Shown piece after piece: positions 12,675 through 23,169 of a DNA stretch of 32,166 nt. The position numbers and the translations under genes were made by a program. Origin of the DNA: Saprolegnia diclina VS20 (lineage: Eukaryota); the NCBI RefSeq assembly GCF_000281045.1, contig NW_008246077.1:296693-328858 (forward strand). Direction: 5' to 3'. Below the pieces are notes generated by a model. That model did not search any database, had not been told where the DNA came from, and worked only from the letters and a program-made list of their open reading frames with translations. How positions within the stretch are numbered: position 1 is the stretch's first letter; each line of letters opens with the position of its first letter.

Positions 12675-13612
12675 TCACGTCGTCCACACAAACGCCTCGT
12701 ACATGCCCTTGTGCACGTCAAACGCCTGTGCCGACCCTTCACCGCCCGCGCCCGCGACGACCATAAGCTAGAAGCGCCGTCGTATCAGTCCACAAAATAA
12801 CTAACGACAACCAAGATGCAAGTGCCGTACCGGAATCAGGTGCTCGTCTTTCTGGTGGCACTCGCGCGCAAAGGGCAGCGCCTCCCACTTGGCCAAGGCG
12901 TCGCCGCGAGCTACAATCGATGGCTGCAGCACCACAGACGTGAGTTCGCGGACAAAGGCGCGCGCATGGTCTTCCGTCTCGGGCGTCACGGGCGTACCCC
13001 AGTTGGGGTGGAACGACATGCCCGAGCCGATGATCGCAATGTTCTCGTTCCGAAGCACCGAGAGCACTTGGCCGATCTTGAAGTGCAACACGGGATCCCA
13101 GCCCGCGACGACGCTCACTTGGACGATCGGGATGTCTTCTTGCGGGCGAATGAGCTTCATCGGCACAAACGTGCCGTGGTCCCAGCCTCGCGTCGGGTCC
13201 AAGTTGGATGGAATACTGGCCTGCGCTAGGAGTGCGTGGATCTTTTGCGCAATCTCAGGCGACCCCGGGGCCTTGTACGTGACCTTGTACGCTTCGTCCG
13301 GGAAGCTACACGCAAATCCTAGTGAGTCACACCAGACGACCGGAAATCAACCAAAGCGTACTTGTAGTAGTCGTAGAGAAGGTCGTGGGACGCGCCAGAC
13401 GAGATCTGGATGCGGTCGTCTTGCCAGTGCGCCGAGACGACGACGATAGCGCGGGGCCGCGTCGCCGCATCCTCGAGCCCCAAGAGCTTTGGCGTGTCGA
13501 CCTCCATGAAGCGGCGCGTCGATCCGTGGTCCGGGTCCGAGACAGGCCGGAGCAGTGGCAACGGACCCGCGCCGTGGTTGACAAAGATGGCACCTGCACG
13601 CTTGCTGGTCAT
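12675..13612 (-). CDS. ligB: LigB/DODA-type dioxygenase copy 3 (recent inverted duplicate of copy 1), 272 aa
   Basis: Exons 13362-13612, 12831-13305, 12675-12767; intact frame; six amino-acid differences from copy 1, all in the C-terminal half. Confidence 0.92.
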
Positions 13613-14356
13613 TCTGGTCGTTGTTGTTGAAGCTGTGGTTGAAATTGGAGAGTGACCTTTGAATGCAAGCGATTAGATTTGGCGCGAATTCCAAGAGACG
13701 TATTCGGACGCAGTATCCGGCCGGACGACGCTTCCGGGACAATACTGTACACAGAACCAGACACAGGACGCCAGGTGTGCGACGTCCGATGACGTCGGAC
13801 GCGGCGTGTCACACGGATGGTGCGAGAATGGCAATGCTCTGAATGCGAGGGTGGCGGCAGCACGATGGTTGTGGTGAGCCAAGCCACGCCAAAATAGCTC
13901 CAGCATAGTAAGCTGAGGTAGACGAAATAGGTCGTCCAAGATGTGATGGCAACACGCAGGGGATGGATCATTATAATAGCATTCCGTTGTATTTCAGTGC
14001 CATTGACCACCTCTACCGAATCGAAGCTCATCCAATATACTCGGCCATGTAGCATCGTCGAGATGCTCTTTACCGGGAAAGATCTCTCGTCTTGACTTGC
14101 TGTTTGATTTCGTGGCGCCTTTTTAAGCATAAAACGGTGCGAAACGGGCTGAAATTGCGCCGACGAGAATGGTCGCGCCGGCTTTGGAGCGAAGCACGAC
14201 GATGCGTCTGCACGCCGGGAGCGCAAAGCTGCCGTCAAGCCCTGTAAAGCCCAATGCGAATGCGGTCCAGATGGACAAACTCCAGAGCAAAGCTGTCACG
14301 TGGGCGCTCCAAGTCCCGTACGTCCACCCCGGGAGCATTGGAGGATGCACCAAACG
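12682..14356 (-). repeat. Right arm of the inverted duplication (partner 5278-6932)
   Basis: Contains dioxygenase copy 3, the divergent promoter, and exon 1 plus most of intron 1 of the cNMP gene. Confidence 0.92.
13642..13655 (-). promoter_or_regulatory. Inr+FPR core promoter of dioxygenase 3
   Basis: TCACTCTCCAATTT on the minus strand 30 nt upstream of ATG 13612; full match to TCAYTYYNCAWTTT. Confidence 0.6.
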
Positions 14357-14573
14357 AACCCTTCGGCTCTACACGCCTTTGGTGGCACTGGCCACATTTG
14401 GTAACCTTCGCTTGCCGTGCCTGCGCGTCCTCGTGATTGAGTCATGTATCTTCGACGACGGCAGCCCCCTGACAGCCCCCGCACCATCAACAACTGCAAC
14501 GGCGCATTGCCTCAGTTGGACGAGTCTCTTCGAAGGCAACCACTGCCTATGTGTCGCTTCTACGCCATCTTAG
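14169..14573 (+). pseudogene. Duplicated exon 1 of the cNMP gene reading into unrelated DNA (134-aa chimeric ORF)
   Basis: 14169-14317 copies exon 1 (5316-5464). Donor GTACGT kept at 14318; the parental acceptor lies outside the duplicated arm. Confidence 0.6.
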
Positions 14574-14815
14574 ACGCTGATGTGTCGCTCGCTCATCCGA
14601 CAATCTGTACTTCACACGCGGATCGCACCGATGAGTCTCAACGGTCGTTTTGGTTCTTGTAGACTGCTGCTGCCATAACCAAGCTTTGTTTCATGCCGGA
14701 ACCTCGCAAGCACATGACGTCTCGGTGGCGGTCGACTCAGTGAACAGAGCGGCCAAGTCGAAATTAACAATCGAAACAAGTGCTTATTAGTTATGAATGG
14801 ATCGTCGCTGCGATA

Positions 14816-15592
14816 CTACGTCGACGCGGGCGGCGGCGGGACGCTCGTTGGCTCTGCTTCGACGACAGGCGGCGGAGGCGGCGGCGGTGGGATCCCACGG
14901 CGGCGGCGGTTGATTTGCAGCGCCTTGCCCTCGGCTGCAAGCATCTTCTCGGCGACGGGGTCGTTCTTGCCGTGGAACCGATCCTTGATGTTCTGCTTTG
15001 CAAGTGCGCTGCCCTTGGGCGGCGGCATCTCATGCAGGTACGGGCACGTCTCGCCGCGCTTGCACTCACCGCGCGCAAAGAACGAGCAGAGGTGCGGGCG
15101 GTTGCGCTTGTAGTACGGCTCGACGCGGGCCATGCGGAGAAGCGCCTGGTTGGGCGCGGACGACTTGCCGTACGCGGAGACAAGGCCTTCGTCTTCGAGC
15201 ATGAGGTTGTGCTGCTGCGCGTGGTACTCGCGGTTGGCGTCGCTCATGGGCACGTTCTGGCGCTCCTGCTCGGAAAGGAAGGCATCGCGGACCTGCACGG
15301 GCAGATGGTACTGCAGGTCCAAGACGCACGTCTGGCACACGTTCTTGATCTTGGCGCAGGTCTGGCAGATCTCGGTCTTCTTGTAGCGCGCCTTCTTGCC
15401 CGGCTTCCAGCGGAAGACCGTGAACGGGCGGTCGCACGTCTTGCACTGCCGCCCAAAGGGCTCCTTCATCATGCGCACGTACGGGTCTTCGCCGAGGCAT
15501 CCTTCGCAGAGCTGCGGGAACTCATCGGCGCCGCCCGACTCCCACGCGTGCTTGGTCCCGTCGGTCTTGATGCTGAGACCGCGTTCGCCCAT
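14816..15592 (-). CDS. RBM22: RBM22/Slt11-family splicing factor lacking the RRM, 258 aa, intronless
   Basis: FPQLCEGCLGEDPYVRM, CKTCDRPFTVFRW, KKTEICQTCAKIKNVCQTCVLDL, CCCH finger CSFFARGECKRGETCPYLHE, QNIKDRFHGKNDPVAEKML, then poly-Pro and stop. Confidence 0.9.
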   Translation of the reverse strand: MGERGLSIKTDGTKHAWESGGADEFPQLCEGCLGEDPYVRMMKEPFGRQCKTCDRPFTVFRWKPGKKARYKKTEICQTCAKIKNVCQTCVLDLQYHLPVQVRDAFLSEQERQNVPMSDANREYHAQQHNLMLEDEGLVSAYGKSSAPNQALLRMARVEPYYKRNRPHLCSFFARGECKRGETCPYLHEMPPPKGSALAKQNIKDRFHGKNDPVAEKMLAAEGKALQINRRRRGIPPPPPPPPVVEAEPTSVPPPPAST

Positions 15593-15887
15593 CTCTCGCT
15601 TCCGACCAAACACGCTCTGGGCCGCGAAACGATCCGTACGGCTTCCAATTGGCTGTAATGCTTGATGAAAGCTGCACTTGATTGGTCGATGCAACTATTT
15701 TTGAATTGGTAGAAATGCGTTGTATTTGCACCAATCCCAAGGATGCATGTCGGGATCGTGGAGTTCACCAGCGAGAGATTGAGCTACTACGTACACTCGC
15801 ATTTAGAGTTTTGACCCTTTATGAGACAGCGAGCTATTGATGAACTCTACAAGAGCTAACGAATGATAGAATGCTACACTGCTGGAG

Positions 15888-17187
15888 TTATTCGTTGCGA
15901 CTAGCTTGAATGCTCGCCGCCAACGAGTCGACGCGCACCACGTCGTCGTCGTTGCACGCTTCAAAGAAGACTTGGCTTCGTCGCTCGTACGTGTCGATAC
16001 CCAAGAGCGGGTCAACTCCGCTTTCGCTCAGCAGAGAAAAGACGGAGCTGACAGACTCGAGGGGCACGAAGGTACCACGAAGCATTTCACCCGTAAAATC
16101 ATACCCATCTTGAAGCAGCGTCAAGTGCGGGCCGACGCGACATCCAACCGTCCTAGATGCAGTCGTTTACGTGGGTTGGCGCCAAAGCGCAAGGCGTACC
16201 AGCTTGTCCAGTAGCGCGTTCGCGGCAGCAGCGGAAATGACACATCGTCGACAATGCCTTGGATCAAAATGACAAACCCGTCAAAGGTGGTGCGCATGTG
16301 TACCATGTGGTGCTCAATCATCTCGTCGTTCGCCTTGGGGTACTGAATGTATCGTGTATTGGCATCCACGACCTCGAGCACCTACATCACGGCGTCGATA
16401 AGCAATTGACAACGTGTTCTTGATGCAAACGTACACGACCGCCTTTGGGCGGCTGAAGCGTCTCGTACGCCGCGTAGATGAGATCCGAGCTGTAGGGCGC
16501 CACGCGCTGCTTGCGAATCGAGAATTGTACCGACGGGCCAAATGGCGACACTGTCACGGCGACGTACGGCAAGGCTCGGATGGCTGCAAGCGGGTCGAGG
16601 ATGCGAGGAAAATTGCTCTTCGCAATCCATTGGGGAAGCTGATGCTGGAGATGCTGAATGATCCAAGCACCGCCGACGCGCCGTGCTTGACCCGAGGCCA
16701 CGAGCGCTGAGAGGTGCCACGGCGCTTGGGCTGGCGCTGGCAAGTTCTAGTTTGGTGCTCGTTGCGTGAAAAAGAAAAACGACTTCAATCGACGTACTTT
16801 GTGCGGCGACGCCAGCTGCGTGACCCACACCACGAGTGCGCGCGCGAGGGTTCGCTTGGCCTTTATCTGGAAGCGCAGCTTGTGCTGGTTCCCCTGCTGC
16901 TCATAGACGTCGTCTTTCAGGGCGCGCGCAACGTCGCGCCACTGCAGTTTGGCGAGTGCGTGCCCAGGCTGCGACAGCACGAGCGTCTGGCGTTGGGTGT
17001 CCAGAGCGCGGATTGTAGCTTGGAGCACGTGCACTTCACGCTCAGCACGGTCTCGGTACCGGCGCTGAGCCTCGCGGTGGCGCTTCTTGTGCTGCTTCTC
17101 CACTTCGTCGGCTTGTTGGAGGGCATCGTGGAGCGCCTGCCGCATCGACCCGCCTGGCATGACAACGCGACGTCGGTCGAGATGCAC
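15888..17187 (-). CDS. bZIP-like protein with a C-terminal alpha/beta domain (oomycete-type family), 4 exons
   Basis: KKRHREAQRRYR followed by heptad leucines and LQWRDVARAL; GT-AG introns (e.g. 16747-16797) join ORFs 16747, 16387, 16121 and 15888 in frame. Start codon uncertain (17187, 17160 or 17145). Confidence 0.7.
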
Positions 17188-17583
17188 ATGTTGCGTCTTT
17201 CTTTATTATCCGGATACGGATAAAATGGAACACACAAAACGCAAAGATATCGAGCTAACGTTATCGATCAACAGGCAATCAGTTCTAGCACTGATACTTC
17301 CCTCATTAATCACGAGGACACACGAATACTTGCTGGGGGGGCCTCATTTGTTTAGCCCCTTCTACGCGGGGTGTAGGAGGTTTTGTCAAGGCAACAGAGC
17401 GTTCCTGTGTACTCCAGTTGAAGTAGTCGGTGGCCTTTTCGCATCGTAAATTGAGACGTGAATGTTGTACACGTATGACTTGTTTGGTGACATTGCGATC
17501 GCAAATGCAAGCGGCTGGCGCACGGAATCATCACGTTGGGACGAATAAATGTACCGGTACTTTTTGACACTTGCGATTTGGCC

Positions 17584-20081
17584 ATGCAGTGGTTTCTGGC
17601 GCTCTTTCTCCCCGTCGCCGTGCTTGGTGCGGTCTGCCCGTATCACAACTACACGGCTGGCAACATTCTCGTTGCGGATGAATTGTGTTCGCCGTCCGCG
17701 CCCATTTGTAGCGTCAACACGTCTTGCACTCGATCGACCCAGCAAGTGCCTCAAGACGCTACCAATCTTGCGGGCTTTATTGGTCTCGGTAATCTGACCA
17801 TGTATCCTTACCAGGGGCTGTACGACGTGCTTTTGAAGTCCGCGCCGTAACTCATGCTCGTTTACATAGGGTACTCTACAATGCGTCCACCGTGTGGGTC
17901 GAAGATTTAGTGTTGCCCGCTTCACTTCTAAAGCTGTACGTATCTCCAAGCATTTGCTTCGAATCAAGCTACCGGTAACGTGCAAACAGGGGCTTTTCCA
18001 ACATTTCTGCCATTTATTTGGACGAATTCGCGCCGGCGACAATCGCCCACCTTACCGCCATGTAAGAGCCTCATGCAATGTTTCCGAATGTTTCGATGAT
18101 GGACACTCCATCTTGATGCTATTTAGGGCCTTTATTACGTGCAACTTGGGGGTGATTCCGCTCAACTTTCAATGGCCGCCGGGCCTGCAAGAGCTGTACG
18201 TAAAATTGATATTCTCGTATGACGCTTACACAGCAGTACAGGATCCTCGTCAACAACGCATTCCAAACGATCCCCAAAGCACTGCCCATGACGCTGCATA
18301 CGCTGTAAGTACCTAAAGTTGACTCTTGGGGCAACTCATTTTCACAAAACCTAGTGCCTTTCAAGCCAACGCGCTCTCGGACCTTTTTTACCTCCCTGCT
18401 AATCTCACTTACTTGTACGAGTGGTTTTGAGGTGGTCGTTCGCCTAACCCAAGTGTCATTAGGGATCTGGACTTGAACCTTCTCGAAGAAGTCGTTGACC
18501 GGAACTGGAACCAACTCACTCACGTGTGCGTTTGCATCGATTTGTACCAACACATACCACTCACAATGACCGGTATTGTAGGCGCCTGAATAATAACCCC
18601 ATCGCGACTATTGCGGGTGTCCATCTTTCAAAGAGCCTCAAGTTCTTGTACTCCCTTCACTGAAGAGGCGACGCATTCTAACAACGTTCTAGCGGCTGCA
18701 AAGATTGCCCACTGACAAATTTCACGATGACCCCCGATACATTTGCAGCCCTCGACGAGCTTCAGCCGTGGAATGGGAAATCCAACTACCTCGACTCCAA
18801 GGGCTTCCACATCACACGCGACGTGTCCATGGACCCTAGCGCTTGTGGCGCCATCGATGGATCCGTCCAGACGCTTTGGGCCGGCAAGACCAACGTAACC
18901 GTGCGCGTGTGTGTCACGAGCCCGCCGTCATCCGAGCGTACCAGTATGTCTCTACCTGCCCTCAACGACGACAAGTCAGCATTTTCCTAGAAACTTGGAC
19001 CGTGGTTGCTGCCGTTGCTGGCGCCACTGCTTTCCTTTTGATCATACTTGGCTGGATTCTTCACCGCTATCGCAAGCGCAGAGCTGTCGATACCCCATCC
19101 GGCTACTACAGCAGCTCCGCGGGTCGTACCGGTACGATGCCGACTGTCGACGATTCCGACGGCCTTCTCGACGTCTCCCGCCTGCGCCAGCACCGCCTCG
19201 AGCTCTCCGAGCTCCGCGTCACAAGCGCCAAGCCTCTCGCATCCGGTGCCTACGGTGAAGTCTGGCTGGGCACGTACGCCTCCGAGCCCGTCGCGATCAA
19301 GCGCCTGCTGTACCGCCATCCAGACGCCGTCCAGCAGTTCATTGATGAAATCATCCTCATGGCCGAGTACGTCATTCCATGTAGTATGTATTCTACGTGC
19401 TCATATCTTGCGAGTAGAATGGACTGTCCGTTCATTGTCTCGCTCGTCGGTGCGAGCTGGCGCCGACCTGTCGAGATGGAGTGCGTCGTCGAGTACATGG
19501 ACCTCGGCGACCTCCGTAGCTACCTCAGTCGTCACTCGCCGGACGAGTTTACGTGGGACCAAAAGCACACGTGCATGCTCAGTATCGCCAAGGGTCTCAC
19601 GTACCTCCACACTTGCGACGTGCCGATCGTGCACCGCGACTTGAAGAGCCGCAACGTGCTGCTGGACTCGACCAAGGGAACCAAACTCACCGACTTTGGC
19701 ATCTCGCGCAGCGTCCACGTCCACGACGACGACAAGCAGCTCACGAACGGCGTCGGGACGTACCAGTGGATGGCGCCCGAGGTCATTTGCGGCACGGACT
19801 ACTCGGTGGCAGCCGACATTTACTCGTTTGGGGTCCTTCTCTCGGAATTCTCGACGCACAAGGTGCCGTACGCAGACGTGTTGCACCCGGTGCACGGTCG
19901 ACCCGTGACACAGCAGTACGTGATGACGCAGGTGGCGCAAGGCTTGCTGCAGCCGACATTTGCGGCCGTGGGCGTGCCGTCGTGGGTGCACGAGATCGCA
20001 CTGCAGTGTCTCCAGACGGACCCGGTACTGCGACCCACCGCAGCGCAGCTGAGTAGTAAGATTCGGAAACGCGCGGCCTAA
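17584..20081 (+). CDS. LRR-containing transmembrane TKL-group receptor-like kinase
   Basis: Signal peptide MQWFLALFLPVAVLG; seven short LRR-like exons 17870-18647; TM WTVVAAVAGATAFLLIILGWIL plus RYRKRR; kinase motifs SGAYGEV, VAIKR, HRDLKSRNVLL, DFG, GTYQWMAPE, DIYSFG; stop-free 51-nt intron at 19367-19417. Confidence 0.9.
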
Positions 20082-20831
20082 TGAAGTTACAGATGCGACT
20101 TGGTAAGTAAAAAATGAGATGTTGAAATGGATTTTGAACTTAAGTATGGCGGGGCTCTTTGCTTTACTCGACACTTGTTGCATACATGAATGTTTTTCTG
20201 AGACTGTTCCTACTGTAGCGTGCTTTGCTGGCGCTTGGGTGCGGGCGGTAGCTCGGCGTCGATGGAGCTGCTTGTGGCTTCCGTCGTGTCGTGGGCCAGA
20301 AGGTGCTGGAGGACACGTTTTAGTGTAGTATGCGTGAAATGTGAGATATGGTGTGGGAAACGTGGCAATATACAGGGGTATAAATAATGAAAGGCTCTGA
20401 GCTGAATGTACTGCATCACTTGGTTCATGCACATACCTTTTTACAAAGGTTATTCTTTTATAAAGGTAAACCATGTCTCATAAGCAACGTCAACCAGCCA
20501 ATCCGATCACAGGATTTGACTTCAACCACCGAGCAATGGCATGCTCATGCAGCTCCCTGCCAAGTCACTGGACGCTGACGTGTAGACGCGCAAGAACCTC
20601 GTCCATGTTGTAATCGCTAGCGTGCGCAGGGTAGTCCACCTCCTATCTGAATGCGTCGACGCCAGCAGCGCGATGATGCGAGATACCGCTATCGGACAAT
20701 GAATTCAAAACCATGATGACGAGCACACACATTGTCTTTTCGATCGCCGTTCGAGCCAGCGATGCGGGATTTGCGTCGGCCAATAAGTTCCATGCACTGC
20801 ACCTTCTCGAATACACATTATCATAGATTTA

Positions 20832-23085
20832 TCAGTAGCCAGCGAGCGCGATGGCAAGCTCGCTGCGGTTGCTATCGTCGACGAGGACATTTTGGGCGTT
20901 GCACGCAAGCCCTTCAAAGCCGTCAAAGCACCGACATTGGCCTGATTGGTAGTAGCACACGCCTCGCCCCGAGCACTCGTTGTAGCAGAGGTTGCCCACG
21001 GCCCCAACCGCCCCTCCAGGTGCCGCGACACCGCCGCAGTTGGTTTCGTCCTCTGCCGTCATAGGATCATCGCCACTCGGGCAGTGACCTAGTCAAGGCC
21101 ATTTCAATTGATAAATGGCTCGTACGTTGCCGTACGCATCGAACAGTCGGCTCCAAACCACTCGGCCACGCGTGTTTGACCAGCGCCAAGCCCGACGGGC
21201 CACGACGAGTCGCAGACGCAGCCGTAGATGCGCGTCGCATCCCACAGCTACGCGAGCCGCTGGACTTGATGGACATCATGGGATTCGTACCGAGTACGTT
21301 GTGGCACTCGCGACTGGCACGGCTGTCGTCAGCATCGCCATTTCTTGCAAACTCAAGCAGGTGCCATGCCCCGAGCAGTCGTTGGGACACGACACTAGTA
21401 CTCGAATCATTCGCTACACATTTTGTATTTTGTACGTACTGCGGTCGCAGGCGCTGCCCGTGTAGCCGGGAAAGCAGTTGCACGCGCCGCTGGTGCGGTT
21501 ACACGCGCCTTGGTTGCTGCATTCGACGAGCGTTGTGTGAGCAACGGTTGGCGCCGTCGGGACGTCGTTCCAAGCGAGCCCCGACGGACACGTTCCTACG
21601 CGATACCTGTCAACACCACCGAAACGGTGCACGATGAGAAAGTACGTCGCGAGCAGTCGGGGGCCGCGCCGATCGAGATATCTGTCGGGGCCCCCCACCC
21701 CGCGTTGCAAATGCACTTGGAGCTCATGAGCGTGCAGTCGCCATGTCCGCTACATTCCTTGAGGAAGTAGCAGCCGACACCGCCGATGTTGTCTGCATCT
21801 TCAATGACGTTGCCATTGCTGTCTTGGGTCGCGATTTGGTACGTGCCCACCGTGTTGAGCGGGGGCGTCGTGACGCCCGAGAGCGTAAATTGGATGCCGC
21901 GCATCGGGGCGATGGTTGTCGCACTCGTGATCGTCAGCGTCAAGCCCGTAATGGACGCCGCGCTCGCCGCGCTGAGGCCAATCCACCCCGAAAGCGTCCA
22001 GCCAGGATTCGGAATCGCGTACCCATCCGGAAAGGTTACGAGGACCATGCCACCACTTGGGATCCGCAGCAGCGTATTGAAAAGAATCGTGGCCGACGTC
22101 GCCGTCGACGGCGTCGTTGCGAGCGTCCGGACGCGGCCAAAATACAAGTGCGACTTGATGATCGATGTACCAGGCACCGACGCAGTCTCATAGACGTTCT
22201 GCGCCGCATCGAGTGTCGAGACCGTGTACGGCTCCCACGTCACCAAGCAAGCCTCCATGTAGTACATGTTGCAGGACGAACCCGGGTTGGTGATGCCATT
22301 AAGCGTAAAGCCGTACGTTCCTGGCGCCAACGCAAAGGCGCCAATCGTGACGGTTGCCTAGTTTACGATATAGCTGAAAAGACATGGAGAGGCTATATCG
22401 AACCGACGACGACGTCGAAGTGAGCGCGGTTGTCGTGGCCGCAAATCCTGTCTGGAACGTCAGCTGTGTGGGTGCGACCGCAAAGCGTGACGGAAACACT
22501 ACGCGGAAGCTGGCGCCGATCGGAAGCGTCAGGAACGTTGTGATCGAAAGCGTGCAAAGGGATGTGACACTCGCGGTCGTGTTGGCCAGCGTCACCGTGG
22601 CAACGAGCGGGGCGCCGACTGCTATGACGGCGCCACCGCCGCCGCTGCCAGACTCGAGCACCACCGACACTGCGTTCAAGCTGGTAATCGTAAAGGCGGC
22701 GAGCGTCGAGGCACCTACGTCATGTATAAGTGAGAAATAGCATGCGCGGGGTACCAGGGTTGGTGATGCCATCGACGGTAAAGGTGACGACGCCAGCCGC
22801 AACAACCGACGTCGCGACGGTCACGATGAGCGTCGTGCCAGCTTTTGAGACGGCGCTCGCACCGTCGATGCCAACGCCGTCCGAGAGCGCGGTCGGCGCA
22901 AGGACAAAGCCGGTTGGAAATGCTACTTGGAGCTTTCCGCCGATCGGGATCGCCATTGACGTTGTGAGTGCCACGTCAGCCAGTGTGACAGTGCCGGCGC
23001 TGGTGCTGTGCAGATCCACGCTAATGCCAGTTATCGCGCCCGCGCAGACGTGGACGAGCGCGGCCAGCGCTAGAAGGGCGTACAT
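20832..23085 (-). CDS. Secreted protein with N-terminal beta-rich repeats and a C-terminal EGF-like cluster (tenascin/mastigoneme-like)
   Basis: Signal peptide MYALLALAALVHVCAG; repeats such as IPIGGKLQVAFPTGF...TVDGITNPG; EGF motifs CSGHGDC, ECSNQGACNRTSGACNCFPGYTGSAC, WDATRIYGCVCD, CPSGDDP, ECSGRGVC...CFDGFEGLAC; several GT-AG introns. Confidence 0.8.
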
Positions 23086-23169
23086 GCTGGTGCCGTTTCA
23101 AGATCGCAAAACACAAAATGATGATGCAAACAAAATCTTACACGTGCGTTTTGAACTAAGACTGTGGAC

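Noticed and set aside
17326..17460. ATACTTGCTGG followed by two hairpins, as a possible U1-like snRNA
   Set aside because: Lacks ATACTTACCTG, the U1 loop sequences and a clear Sm site; probably divergent promoter DNA.
19401..20474. 357-aa minus-strand ORF and similar antisense ORFs (14780-15658, 25846-26784)
   Set aside because: Shadow frames of GC3-rich coding sequence with no motifs.
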